A stretch of 58,403 nt of DNA from a virus (lineage: Duplodnaviria > Caudoviricetes), in IMG/VR virus record IMGVR_UViG_3300007276_000054, positions 1-58,403 of that record, one strand, 5' to 3'. The position numbers were made by a program, and so were the translations under genes. This document shows, piece after piece, positions 9,601 to 16,600 of the stretch. A model generated the notes under the pieces. That model saw only the letters and a list, made by a program, of their open reading frames with translations. It was not told where the DNA came from and ran no database searches. Numbering within the stretch: the first letter of the stretch is position 1; each line of letters starts with the position of its first letter.

Positions 9601-10554
9601 ATTTCTTACGTTCTCTTCATCAGTAAAGAAGTCTGCACTCAGTGTACCTTTTATAGCGTCATTAGTAGAACTGTTCACATCGGCCATGAGCCGCGCCTTA
9701 GCCGCACTTAACCTTCGTTGGTAGTACTGCTCTCTAGCAGACTCTTTAAATGCTTTGTTCTTATCTTGAATCTGTTCTTCAGAAAGCCCAGCTAAAGATT
9801 CGGCACCCTCTACTATCTCTTGACCAAACGCGGTGTATAGGGGGTTTCCTGTAGCTCCCATTGCGCTTAGCCCACGTCCTCTACCACCTACAGAAATAGA
9901 CTCAGCAACAGAGTCGTCGTCTCCCATTTGAAGTCCGCTTGAAAAAGCGTTGTCAGAACCCTTCAAGAGCTCCTCTAGTACCGAGTCATCGTTGTATGGG
10001 TTTAGCTTATTGCCATCACCATCTTCTCCTGAACGAGACTTAATAGAAGCCATTAGAGAAGCATTCATCATGCGTTGCTCTTCATTGCTCGCGGACCTCC
10101 AGCGTTGAGCTGCTTGAGGTCTTCCCGTTGCTTCGTAGTACCTGTCTGAGTTAAAGTTTATGTCGAAGTAATTCTCTAAGGAGTTCTGATATGTGTCGGT
10201 ATACGCGGTAATGATGTCAGCATCTTGTTTGCTAATGTCATTCCCGTCGTATAGGTACGAAGTCAATACCTCCGTCTCAGCCCTTGCATTGTATCGGTCA
10301 ATACTCTCTTGAGAGTAAGGGTCAACGATATTTACGCTCGGAACTGTACCCGAATTTCCAGACGCTTCTCTCGAAGAGACATCGATACTCGAGGTAGAAT
10401 CCGTAGAAACCTCTTGAGCCAAAAGAGAACCCGATGCGGAAGTTTTTTCTTTTTTTTTTTGACCGTAATAGTCGTTGATGATTTGGCGTACTTCTAATTT
10501 AGAGGCTCCATTAGCAATGGCTTCATCAACAAGTGCTTTCAATTCTGGCTCCAT
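649..10554 (-). CDS. Giant (3301 aa) polyvalent / virion ejection protein with HExxH metallopeptidase and inserted effector domains
   Basis: Long ORF after the tail genes. Gly/Ala-rich hydrophobic segment ~aa 360-610; HEGYH at 7951-7965; MNPYRHSWFYDK domain; LSPQKDWYQN...TIDTHAV domain; helical C-terminus. Confidence 0.75.
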   Translation of the reverse strand: MEPELKALVDEAIANGASKLEVRQIINDYYGQKKKEKTSASGSLLAQEVSTDSTSSIDVSSREASGNSGTVPSVNIVDPYSQESIDRYNARAETEVLTSYLYDGNDISKQDADIITAYTDTYQNSLENYFDINFNSDRYYEATGRPQAAQRWRSASNEEQRMMNASLMASIKSRSGEDGDGNKLNPYNDDSVLEELLKGSDNAFSSGLQMGDDDSVAESISVGGRGRGLSAMGATGNPLYTAFGQEIVEGAESLAGLSEEQIQDKNKAFKESAREQYYQRRLSAAKARLMADVNSSTNDAIKGTLSADFFTDEENVRNLERHLLEEYDIMADLNDTGYIGDTSEGRNVTADFFRGLGSEVVKIVGTLGVGLEDVGVNAVELAFGEWAYGRQKTDMHRKAYKELSNSIDRYSSTPQVDPASKFENGDWSGGMADVVSDFGHSVPMMAAAIVTQRLTGNSKLTAGVVAGMGSLTAYDIARDEEWFNKMNVVQQGGFVLGYGVAEGAPAFVGAKIFDRFKGLRANSKGAADFIYGAIMNTPLAMGEEAITEAVTGGMQYVIEQNAKGQDIDVVQMDKAIKNGFYAGAVMGGGIAGAGSSVGALGLAASSIPSIQSKLVIQQLKKELDAQETVSGRREVMARLVGAIQKNESEGKKRRDYYEELRQSDPEAYSTLVDIQTQITKKAIDYERTENKSQRRRLRNEVNGLVKQRAKLETDLDVSHDLGSRTTTNQIMDNVSRVLEEYSLDTLFEGKESVVVDEANSDNVLDRINNLLLDKMALNLPLGLGRISSPQAVMDGLRNTITAVKTLSKTKKGFKGIMIHKTIASMANSVPGGKVGRGVYVAKQQDGGYKIHLLVPAILENTAYHEGYHELGLDAMLGDEALVGLATELAQSLQGEGVANKFGKYLSRVLQSERVQEQLTALGIDGTKETDIVKLMQSAAFADEFLTELLADISAGNLSIEVKRGLIERFSGLINRGLSPLPFVGKIPTPGISDVGRAIENLTGRMASGEDVTEAVAGLSKATEGLNLKPEERQVSDDEEVRFQGELDESLRTGAGLESFLSTANLTEEQLTELKSELKLDKNQRLDRVPRNVEAIEAMKEGTLTQEQYIEVVRGVMPITPFDVVPDMPTLPEIGAALKSSQLETGIYDLNKELPEGYFVGLRLDIPAYNTYDVWVASVHEGNKTASSFAKKIGDTSGKAVAYSQTGVIKGVKFGGSPIGSLSIATRTNKTTIARMFGDWVNHDPATIKAKAEKIMASKEYHKDHKSEGVQEGWVQVGMNPYRHSWFYDKRDGMPVTEASELIQIGALVLAKDTKKVLPSDPMFDTGKTTPEGVPIKFQDALAEPSPENDPKFGPKLMGEFARSIKKQTIKGTRIGQGYGTAKSSKLDDSYILSLAHVKENEPKIYVKNALFLSQLDIVAGVRKFKNSVFEGKDAMKYADEVYDIFIEEAKNNLLFLHDAFEADLREVATLWYDGANIIAQQLAEEYDIDPIQVAAAIAALSPQKDWYQNVRLGEVVIEAVVNNGNKPVTQEMVDFFMNAGGAKVAWARELSKYVGTSIVELPPGNVRAMAVWAFVDLNMSRSYDIITPSGERGGKKTNLQGKESRAAWSSLTMIDKAVSALLTEDVAEISRVLGEQHKIRHFFNNIHNPGFGSDTTIDTHAVGAALLKPMSSSSGEVGANFGATGGTFIDKNGVVYGGKEVANLAKAAGIKVKGVADWKPWALKKGFAELKVSNSSVHAISGNYYAYLEAYRIAAEERGLLPREMQSITWEAVRLLYTAGFKNSEANKSRIQSLHTKYRNAEITREQLREGLLKEAGGIGTPDWAPAIRDAVSKIGREQPESRDVDRSGGASGREGTRGGGTSRSAGDVSGEVKFQGDLTRQIADFLDKEYSNPTVKRDKRRKNPVRLEASIGQMATMAYAKPEILKLLQDMGMSKEAALAAYRRAYDFKRGRLIGKKEVNKKVRKLTTEAKNLRTDLEQLRDKSKNYKEFLREAIEIVKERMKENSKTPFTSSQVQKLFKIAREAHRVSGKRVKAEGFEVMQTFIDKLSAVFDARDTKKAMQEYLDQVNRVRGLQKRLGKAAKPRKAGEALKSTATYNKYAEALAKINPALLDNEDITTFEQTLLATLGSMKAPQIKKGEDGREAVSFPKLPAEDLAVLVAQFQSKETLGRNAVFAARAERLALKNNTTVDEEYNKIKAGYERSQLSQNRKNILRYIDEWNKNNVNDQLDSSNPAHLERVLEALYNEKSGKNEEESEMIVDDVMLPRIAANLDVLLEEPMIADILGIADPSKLNFADLKNRLLKLNRRQLAHLDYKLDDFIVNGSVFGLGYVHSLVRGNIDYASDLASLKKEGLQARPKVYMGFLDTVDSYIRMAFSTDDITIARLRRSLGFGSIEGAFGRADFRHSMLVEKMSEKVEELERKSKKKITGVRQKAIMQIFSMSRQVPVIDNETQEGQNAAEWFVNLKGVMQRTIEYHNQQQVAAGGAFSKAEIAEMQAAYDFMFGDTNSLQELQAKVKSESPELVQFVDFMVDMHVGLIPQFSNYVERYLGKELVMEDNYTPFDVRIQTKNDVVNETMRMFEGFHKALTESALGQTKKVAGSSFERNPRSLSGSKAIIGLDFLRVNESTLRENVTLMETVGSTLAHRFVMNSQEATDLIPNTTVKQALERKISKYVHQDTGKVPAVFQKDFVLFGKRFENPSYIIRLAVITKAFGGFLIQTAKQSPVILNTFFQAKNPLKTFPYVLQTVAEMVYHSGKGLFMADSKIALDNNGRYRLLQNSPVFSRDYEAGNIDPFTGSMEFDATQFQKVTEYLNKLALKNLKGTDKVVAIASWFGFYADALIEQGVVDSVSDIDWEQEAVSPNKEALSYADSLVTKDQAASTPRQAADLYAGGSDFAPQLAYLMQNFLLPFSRFAVNKKRSITSDVKKIFYGSGKAKGEGGKALVGSVAELATFHMVGKILLPAIVSAIFGDDEDQLTEEDKQKAWWDVGASTLVDFLPQIPLAMIDNSMRFAVNKYLIFPLLEEDNFGIGEESYDERYERWSKVKGGVPIYGSRTEPGDPMSMLSYVGPYGQFLTESHNTMINVISMSSGSNKVVTSTGREYFVRPEDRPNMAMYFYMKLAMTGGNLIGFGNKEAEQLIKTLDNMGKERALGSEEDLAAYEVVADALAASDPQFSEAVKNIDEKGGRVRFLKLMEEAGADPQQADKVANAFSKGFNQPIAETAMRKRFPDTFKKHIGELREIQRRVKNSRDYYVVMRAKALSMNTQDYKELSEMAQAYFSMLEPSKIETDIYLQALEE

Positions 10555-10557
10555 ACC

Positions 10558-12753
10558 TTATAGATTTTCTGGTCTCACAAAGGTAAGTGTTCCTTCTTCT
10601 ATTTTTGGAAGCAGGCCATTGGCTTTCATGCGAGCAATCTGAACTTCCATGTCTGCTTGAAGCTCTTCGTCGAGAGCCTCATAATAATCTTGCACGCCCT
10701 CTACAACATCTTCATTTAAATCAGCGAGGTCATCCAATACATTCATGAACGTGTTGTACGCTTCAGCCGTTTCGATAGTTGCTGGTTCCTGAGCTGCCGG
10801 GCCTGAACTTTCAGGTATCTCTATGTTCGATAAGTCAACTGCTGCTGTGGTGTCTGATTGAGCAGGCTCCGGAGGAGGTGGTGGTGGCGTCGTAACTGTA
10901 CTGTCAGTTGACGCTGTAGGAGGTGGTGGTGGCGTCGTAACTGTACTATCAGTTGACGCTGTAGCTGGACCACCTGTACCTGTTGACGCTGTAGCCGGAC
11001 CACTTGTACCTGTTGACGCTGTAGCCGGACCACTTGTACCTGTTGACGCCGTAGCTGGACCACTTGTACTCGCAGCAGTAGTGCTTGAGCCTACGGGTTG
11101 AGCTTGAGGTCTAATGATTCCGCTTTGGCCGAGAGAACCCTCTCTTAATTCATTAGTCAGGAACAATTCAATCTTGTCTCTTGCCAACAACCTTTGGTTT
11201 TCTGACATCGGCTTATTTCCCGATTCAAAAAGACCGTTGTTTAATCCCACTTTAAGCCTAAGGAATTCAGGTTCTCTTTGAGCGAGGTCAATAATGGTAT
11301 TGTCATACTTCTTGAACCAATCTTTAATAATTTGCTCCGCTTTCTCTTGAGACATGCCACCGTTAAGAAGAGCGTCAATGCTCTCTTGTCTGCTTTTAGT
11401 AGCAGACACCTTGTATCCGATTTCAGCACCTTGGTCATTAAAGATAATCTCCTCAATCTGAAGACCCCTTCCTTCCATTGTTACTTGGTACCTGTTGTCA
11501 GCAAGTGTTGGCATGATAAATTGCTGGTCTCCATTACTCGCGTCAGTGGCAATAAGCCCGGGAGCTTGAGCCAAGTAAGCCTCCATATCTTCAGCAGATT
11601 CAGATGATGCTTCTCTCATAGCTTCAGCCATTGCCGCCGCTTCGTCGTTAAGCGACTCTGCATATAATCCAGCCTCGTTGTCTTTACCAATTCTTTCTGC
11701 TATTGTTCCTGCCACCCCTTCATAGTAAGTAGCTTTTGCCTCACGTACTGCTCGAATCTGAGCGAGCTGCTCTTCGCTTCCCGGCGCTGGATTAGTGTTT
11801 CTAAATTGTTCCAAATCCACGTTGAACACGTACTCTCCATCTTCGTTGAATGAACCCTCAAGAAAACTAGCTCCCGGCATGTAGGCTTCTGGAGGATAAA
11901 TCATAGCTGCGTCAAGGACATCTTGTTGAGATAACTCCTTTTTGTTTGGAGCGTCGTTGACCTTGTATCCGTAGATAGAAATGGCTTGACCCATTTCATT
12001 AGGGTGCGCTTGATTCTTTTTGTCTAGCACTCTCTCTACGTCTGAATACAAAAGACCTAAGTCCAAATCACCCGTCTGAAAGTCAGTGCCTTCAAACCGT
12101 ACTTGATAGGTTCCTTCAGAGTTAGCAAAGTTCTCCGAGTACATAGTGTCTGAAATAGGAGCAACTAAATATTCTGTTCCTTCAAACTTAATTGGGGGGG
12201 CATATGCATTTCTTGCGTTGTTAAGGCTTGACTCCCTCCAAGGCACTTGTTTACCGCTTTCATCTTGAAAAGCAAAAGAGCCGTCGGCAAGTCTTACAGG
12301 AACACCGCTGTCGTGAACATTGTACTCAGCCTGAATCTCAGGCACAGAGACCGATGCATTTTGAAAGTTTCCAATGGCAACATTATCCATTATGTTTTTT
12401 TCTGCCGAGGACACAGCAGTGCCGATATTGACTAGGTCAACGTATTCTTGCTTAGCAGCTTGATAAGCCTGAACATCTTGAGCCCTGCCAGTCGAGTAGG
12501 CCATAGCCGCTTTTTCCTGCATATCCCCAAGAAGCACTTGACCCATTCTGTTATAGCGCCCACTTAATCCAGCGGGCACGTTTGCTTGTTGTGCCTTTGT
12601 GAACCCCATACGGGTATCTAGCTCAAGCTGACGTTGCTTTCTCTTCTCTGTGATTTCGCTCAGGCTAGAGGCAATGTTTGCCCCAGCTTGTCTCCCCATC
12701 TCCGTGAAGCTAACTCTATCAGCGAGGAAGCCGGTCTTAAATTTTTCAGCCAT
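10558..12753 (-). CDS. Putative internal virion/ejection protein with Thr/Ser/Pro-rich repeat linker
   Basis: 731-aa ORF between the 320-aa and giant genes, a position typical of ejection proteins. Confidence 0.55.
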   Translation of the reverse strand: MAEKFKTGFLADRVSFTEMGRQAGANIASSLSEITEKRKQRQLELDTRMGFTKAQQANVPAGLSGRYNRMGQVLLGDMQEKAAMAYSTGRAQDVQAYQAAKQEYVDLVNIGTAVSSAEKNIMDNVAIGNFQNASVSVPEIQAEYNVHDSGVPVRLADGSFAFQDESGKQVPWRESSLNNARNAYAPPIKFEGTEYLVAPISDTMYSENFANSEGTYQVRFEGTDFQTGDLDLGLLYSDVERVLDKKNQAHPNEMGQAISIYGYKVNDAPNKKELSQQDVLDAAMIYPPEAYMPGASFLEGSFNEDGEYVFNVDLEQFRNTNPAPGSEEQLAQIRAVREAKATYYEGVAGTIAERIGKDNEAGLYAESLNDEAAAMAEAMREASSESAEDMEAYLAQAPGLIATDASNGDQQFIMPTLADNRYQVTMEGRGLQIEEIIFNDQGAEIGYKVSATKSRQESIDALLNGGMSQEKAEQIIKDWFKKYDNTIIDLAQREPEFLRLKVGLNNGLFESGNKPMSENQRLLARDKIELFLTNELREGSLGQSGIIRPQAQPVGSSTTAASTSGPATASTGTSGPATASTGTSGPATASTGTGGPATASTDSTVTTPPPPPTASTDSTVTTPPPPPPEPAQSDTTAAVDLSNIEIPESSGPAAQEPATIETAEAYNTFMNVLDDLADLNEDVVEGVQDYYEALDEELQADMEVQIARMKANGLLPKIEEGTLTFVRPENL
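10874..11070. repeat. Coding tandem repeats: 4 x 30 bp (TASTGTSGPA-like) and 2 x 45 bp (TASTDSTVTTPPPPP)
   Basis: Near-identical tgttgacgctgtagccggaccacttgtacc units at 10951-11070; 45-bp unit at 10874-10918 and 10919-10963. Confidence 0.9.
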
Positions 12754-13667
12754 TAGTCTGCTTTTTCAAAGTCATTAACCATAGTTTCCACTTCCTTTCT
12801 TAAGACCTTCATTCCTTTGATTGACGTGTCTCTTGACTTCTTCTTAAGTCGGTTGGCGCGAGCTGGGTCAATTACGTACTCACCTCCCGTGAGAGCAAGC
12901 CCCATTGATTCTCCTTGCTCGTCAACCACGTACATCTCGTTCTCTTCATGGCTGAACTTCCCGGGAGTTTTTTGAACCTTAGCACCTGTTGCCCCTGTTG
13001 CCCCCTCCTTCAATGAATTCAGCCCAATACCACCAACAGCGGCGGTAGCAGCACCACTAACGAGTCCGCTAAAACCCTGTCCGATTTGCTGTCTAGCCTG
13101 TGCAAGTCTAGCTTCACTTAGAGACTTAGCGTCATACCCATAAGCGATATCTCTAGTAGACCTATTCTCACGAAGATTAACTTCTCGCTCTCTAGCACCA
13201 GCTAGGTTCGTAAGTGCCTGTGTTTGTAGCTGCTGTTGATTCAACGCTTCCGTTCTCATTTGATTTTGAGCCTGAGCCTGAGCGCCCATAATAGCACCCA
13301 AACCACGTGAACCATACTGCTGTGCTGCTTTTGTTGTGGTTGCCAGTGAACGATTGATATCGTCGGTACGCATCTGCAATAGCCGCTGGTCATACGAATT
13401 TTTTACAGCCTCATAGTATTCACCCGGGGTAGACAGGGACGGCTGGTTTGCCAACACCTTGTCTAGGTTTTCGTTAGCTTTAGCCAGCTCTCCCTTTGCG
13501 CTCTTCTTTGCGCTGAAGCCCGTAATGATATCTGCGATACCACCAAGGGCACTTCCAGCGCCCTGAGCAATCATCCCCGCATAGTCGCCTGTCAGTCCGT
13601 ATCCATCTTGACCACCACCACCACCACCACCTGCTGCTGCTGCCGCTGCTTGTTCGTTTTCGTCCAT
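12753..13667 (-). CDS. Putative ejection/pilot protein (Gly/Ala-rich, coiled-coil)
   Basis: Start revised to MDENE, 5 nt after a TAAATTTG promoter. Poly-Ala/poly-Gly N-terminus, two Gly-rich hydrophobic helices, C-terminal FSHE...GGEYVI motif. Confidence 0.6.
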   Translation of the reverse strand: MDENEQAAAAAAGGGGGGGQDGYGLTGDYAGMIAQGAGSALGGIADIITGFSAKKSAKGELAKANENLDKVLANQPSLSTPGEYYEAVKNSYDQRLLQMRTDDINRSLATTTKAAQQYGSRGLGAIMGAQAQAQNQMRTEALNQQQLQTQALTNLAGAREREVNLRENRSTRDIAYGYDAKSLSEARLAQARQQIGQGFSGLVSGAATAAVGGIGLNSLKEGATGATGAKVQKTPGKFSHEENEMYVVDEQGESMGLALTGGEYVIDPARANRLKKKSRDTSIKGMKVLRKEVETMVNDFEKAD

Positions 13668-13677
13668 GGTTACAAAT

Positions 13678-16600
13678 TTATTCTTTTTGGTCGTTATGCA
13701 ATGGTGAAACAGCATATACTGCGTTTACAGCAAAGAGCTCTACCGAAGCAGTGTTGTCGTTAGTTAGTTTTATTTTAGCGTGATAGTCTCTGATTTTATC
13801 TCCATTGATTTCGTCTGGAGAAACTGCCATCATAGTGCCACCGACACCACCAACGAAGGAGCCGCTAACCTGAATTGTATTTCTGTCTAAAACTTTTGTT
13901 ATTGTAACACCCTGACTGGCCTGACTGTTTGCTGCTAGCAAGAACATCGTGTCCCCTAAATTAAACGGAAGGTTGCTAATACGGCTAGAAAAAGTAATCT
14001 GATTGAGGCCACCTCCACCAACCGCGCTAACTGTGCCAAGCACCACCTTATGGGATGTGTTGGCCGTTGAGTTAGCTGTAATGTCCTTAGGTATCACAGT
14101 GTAGTACATGCCTTCCCTCTCCTCGTACATAGGCTCTGTGATGTTTGTAGTCTGCTCCGTGTTAGAAATAACAGCGGCCCATGTATCACTACCTTCCAAG
14201 CTTAGTGCGTTGTAAACCTTGACAGAGGATGGATTTTGCTTAGCCACTAATTCCACAACAGAATTAAACTGGTTCCCGTAAAAGTTGTTGTACGTAGAGC
14301 TTACGTTGTGTCTGTAAATCTGACCGTTCTCGAAGGAGAAGAATCTATTGTGCAGGTTTGCGTAAAGCTCAGGGTTAAATGAGTATTCAGTTAACCAAAA
14401 GTTCTTTGTCGCACTCCAAGCAACAGTCTTCCCGTCGTCATCCGCCCCTGCCGCAACAACAACATCTGCGCTCGCATCGTTACTTTCCAGAGCAGCAATA
14501 GCAACACACTGAGTAGGAAGCTTAATTGAACCGTCAGATGGATTGAATTGACAAACCCCACGAAACTTTCCTTTCGAGTGAATCACGTCCATCTCGATAG
14601 TCGCAGTACCCTTGTTTAGAGCGGGCTCAATAAAAACAGAGGCACGCTCTGTAAGCCTGTCAATATACATCACAGAACTTCCAACCTTATTCCACTGAGG
14701 CAACCTCTCCACTGGACGAATCACGTCAGAACTCCAAGTCACTGGGTCTTTATCCCAAGTCAGTAGATTCTCAAAAGAACTTACAGGCTTCACCTTTCCG
14801 CTTGCTGATGCGATTGTCGGATTAGTGTCCGGTGTAGGCACATCGCCAACATCAACACTACCTATTGAAATATCGTTTACTTGTTGACCTTCAACAGTGA
14901 CCACATACTCGCTGTTCTCTGGGTCGAAACCACAAGGGACTCTTGGAATCTGTTCTCTTACTATGAGGTCTGCGAATAACCCTTCAAAGAATGACTCCAT
15001 CTTAACGTCACTAATCGGCTCGATGCCTTTAGCTGACACCCTAACAACTTTACCTGCCTCCATGTCACAGAAGTAGGTGACACCGAACCTTTCAATAACA
15101 GACTCAGGGTTTCTTCCCGGGCCGTAAATTCCAGCGTAGTATGTCTCTGTCCCTAGTACGTTCTTGCTGGTAACAAGCATACCGTCTTTTGCTGATTCAA
15201 TCAACTGCCTGCCTACAGGGGTTACGCTGCACTTCTTTTCTTGAAGGACAAGTAAAGACTCTCCTTTATCTACAAGGTATGTGATGAAACCATCAGATGA
15301 ATTATAGTCCTTGTATGGGAACAGCACAGGATTAAACGATGACAAGTTCAATCTAGAGGAATCAGAAACAAAAGGCTCGCTATATGTTACTGCTGATGTT
15401 CTCGCAATTTCTTTTTGGTCAGGCGTTTCTATGTGAGGTCTTCCGACGCTGACTGCATGAGAGTCAAAAAAGTCACTAATCCGTTCATCCTCGACTACAT
15501 ACTTGGCATACGTAGCGCTATCAACGTCAATCGGACTGAAGGGACGGACAAGGTCGGCCTGAAGAGCGGGTATGTAAGGGACTTCAGGGTTAGTCAATTG
15601 CTCCCTGATTCTCATGTACACGTCTCCTTGGTCTAGGGTAATCACCCCGGGAAACAATCCGTTACTTCCTGTAGCCGATATTGTATTGCTGCCAAAAGAT
15701 GTACCAACGACGTTTTGATTGAATGAGTTTGAGGGGTGAGTAGTGTATGTATGTGTTCCGTCTCCCTCATCAAAGACATTTTCCACGAACGTATGCCCGC
15801 TAGTAGTTCCGCTGGTCAATACCTTGTCTCCACGGTACAATCTTTGAGTGGAGCTAAATCTATTGGGTGTGATTACAGAGATAGAAAACGTCGGAGACGT
15901 AGAATTACTCCTGTCTCCAGCGTGAGTACGAACTCCACCGACTTCAACAATATCATACTGTTCTCCTACTTCGAAGTAAACCTTTGTCTCTGAGGACCTC
16001 TTAGGTCTGTATATTTCTACTAGGCACCGCTGCGAGAAAAAGTCCACTCCTTTTCTTACAGCCTCTCTATCGAATCCCGGTGATGAGTTGTCTCTAATAG
16101 TCAGAAACCATCCGGTAGACCTATAGTTATCTTCGTCGTCTTCCGACGTCGTGTCCGTAAGCTTAATAGGGTTCTCATCGTCGTCTTGATAATACTTGTA
16201 TGAGGTGATTTTAAACTCAGTCATAGGGCGAACAATACCCTCACCGTCTGAATATTCAAGAACCCTGAGTACGTCACCCTCTTTGTACTCATAGCTAATC
16301 TCAGCACCCTTAAAGTCCTTGTATGAGTTTGACTTACCCTCGAAGGCACGCATAGACAAGAATATCTGACCGTTTATACCGCCTTCAAGACCTTGCAATA
16401 CCGGCCTTGTTTTCACCCCGTCGTTTGAACGTATGTCAGTGAAGTCTGTTCTCTTCCCTAGTGCAGCCTCGGCAATAGAAACTTGCAGTATCTTCTCATA
16501 GGTGTTGTTCTTAGAGTATACCGGAGCCCACTTTGTGGCCCACTCTGGTGGCTCATGAAGAACCCTAAAGTCTACACTTGTTCTTCCTTCCCTTCCCTGT

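Noticed and set aside
649-10554. Giant protein as a crAss-type virion RNA polymerase
   Set aside because: No DFDID/DxDGD catalytic motif in a plausible context; EDGDG near the N-terminus is in a low-complexity linker. A structure search is needed to exclude it fully.
10874-11070. 30-bp repeats as a CRISPR array
   Set aside because: Head-to-tail with no spacers, and in frame within a CDS.
10558-12753. DST sequons in the 731-aa protein as O-glycosylation sites
   Set aside because: The protein has no signal peptide, so it would not meet the periplasmic glycosylation machinery.
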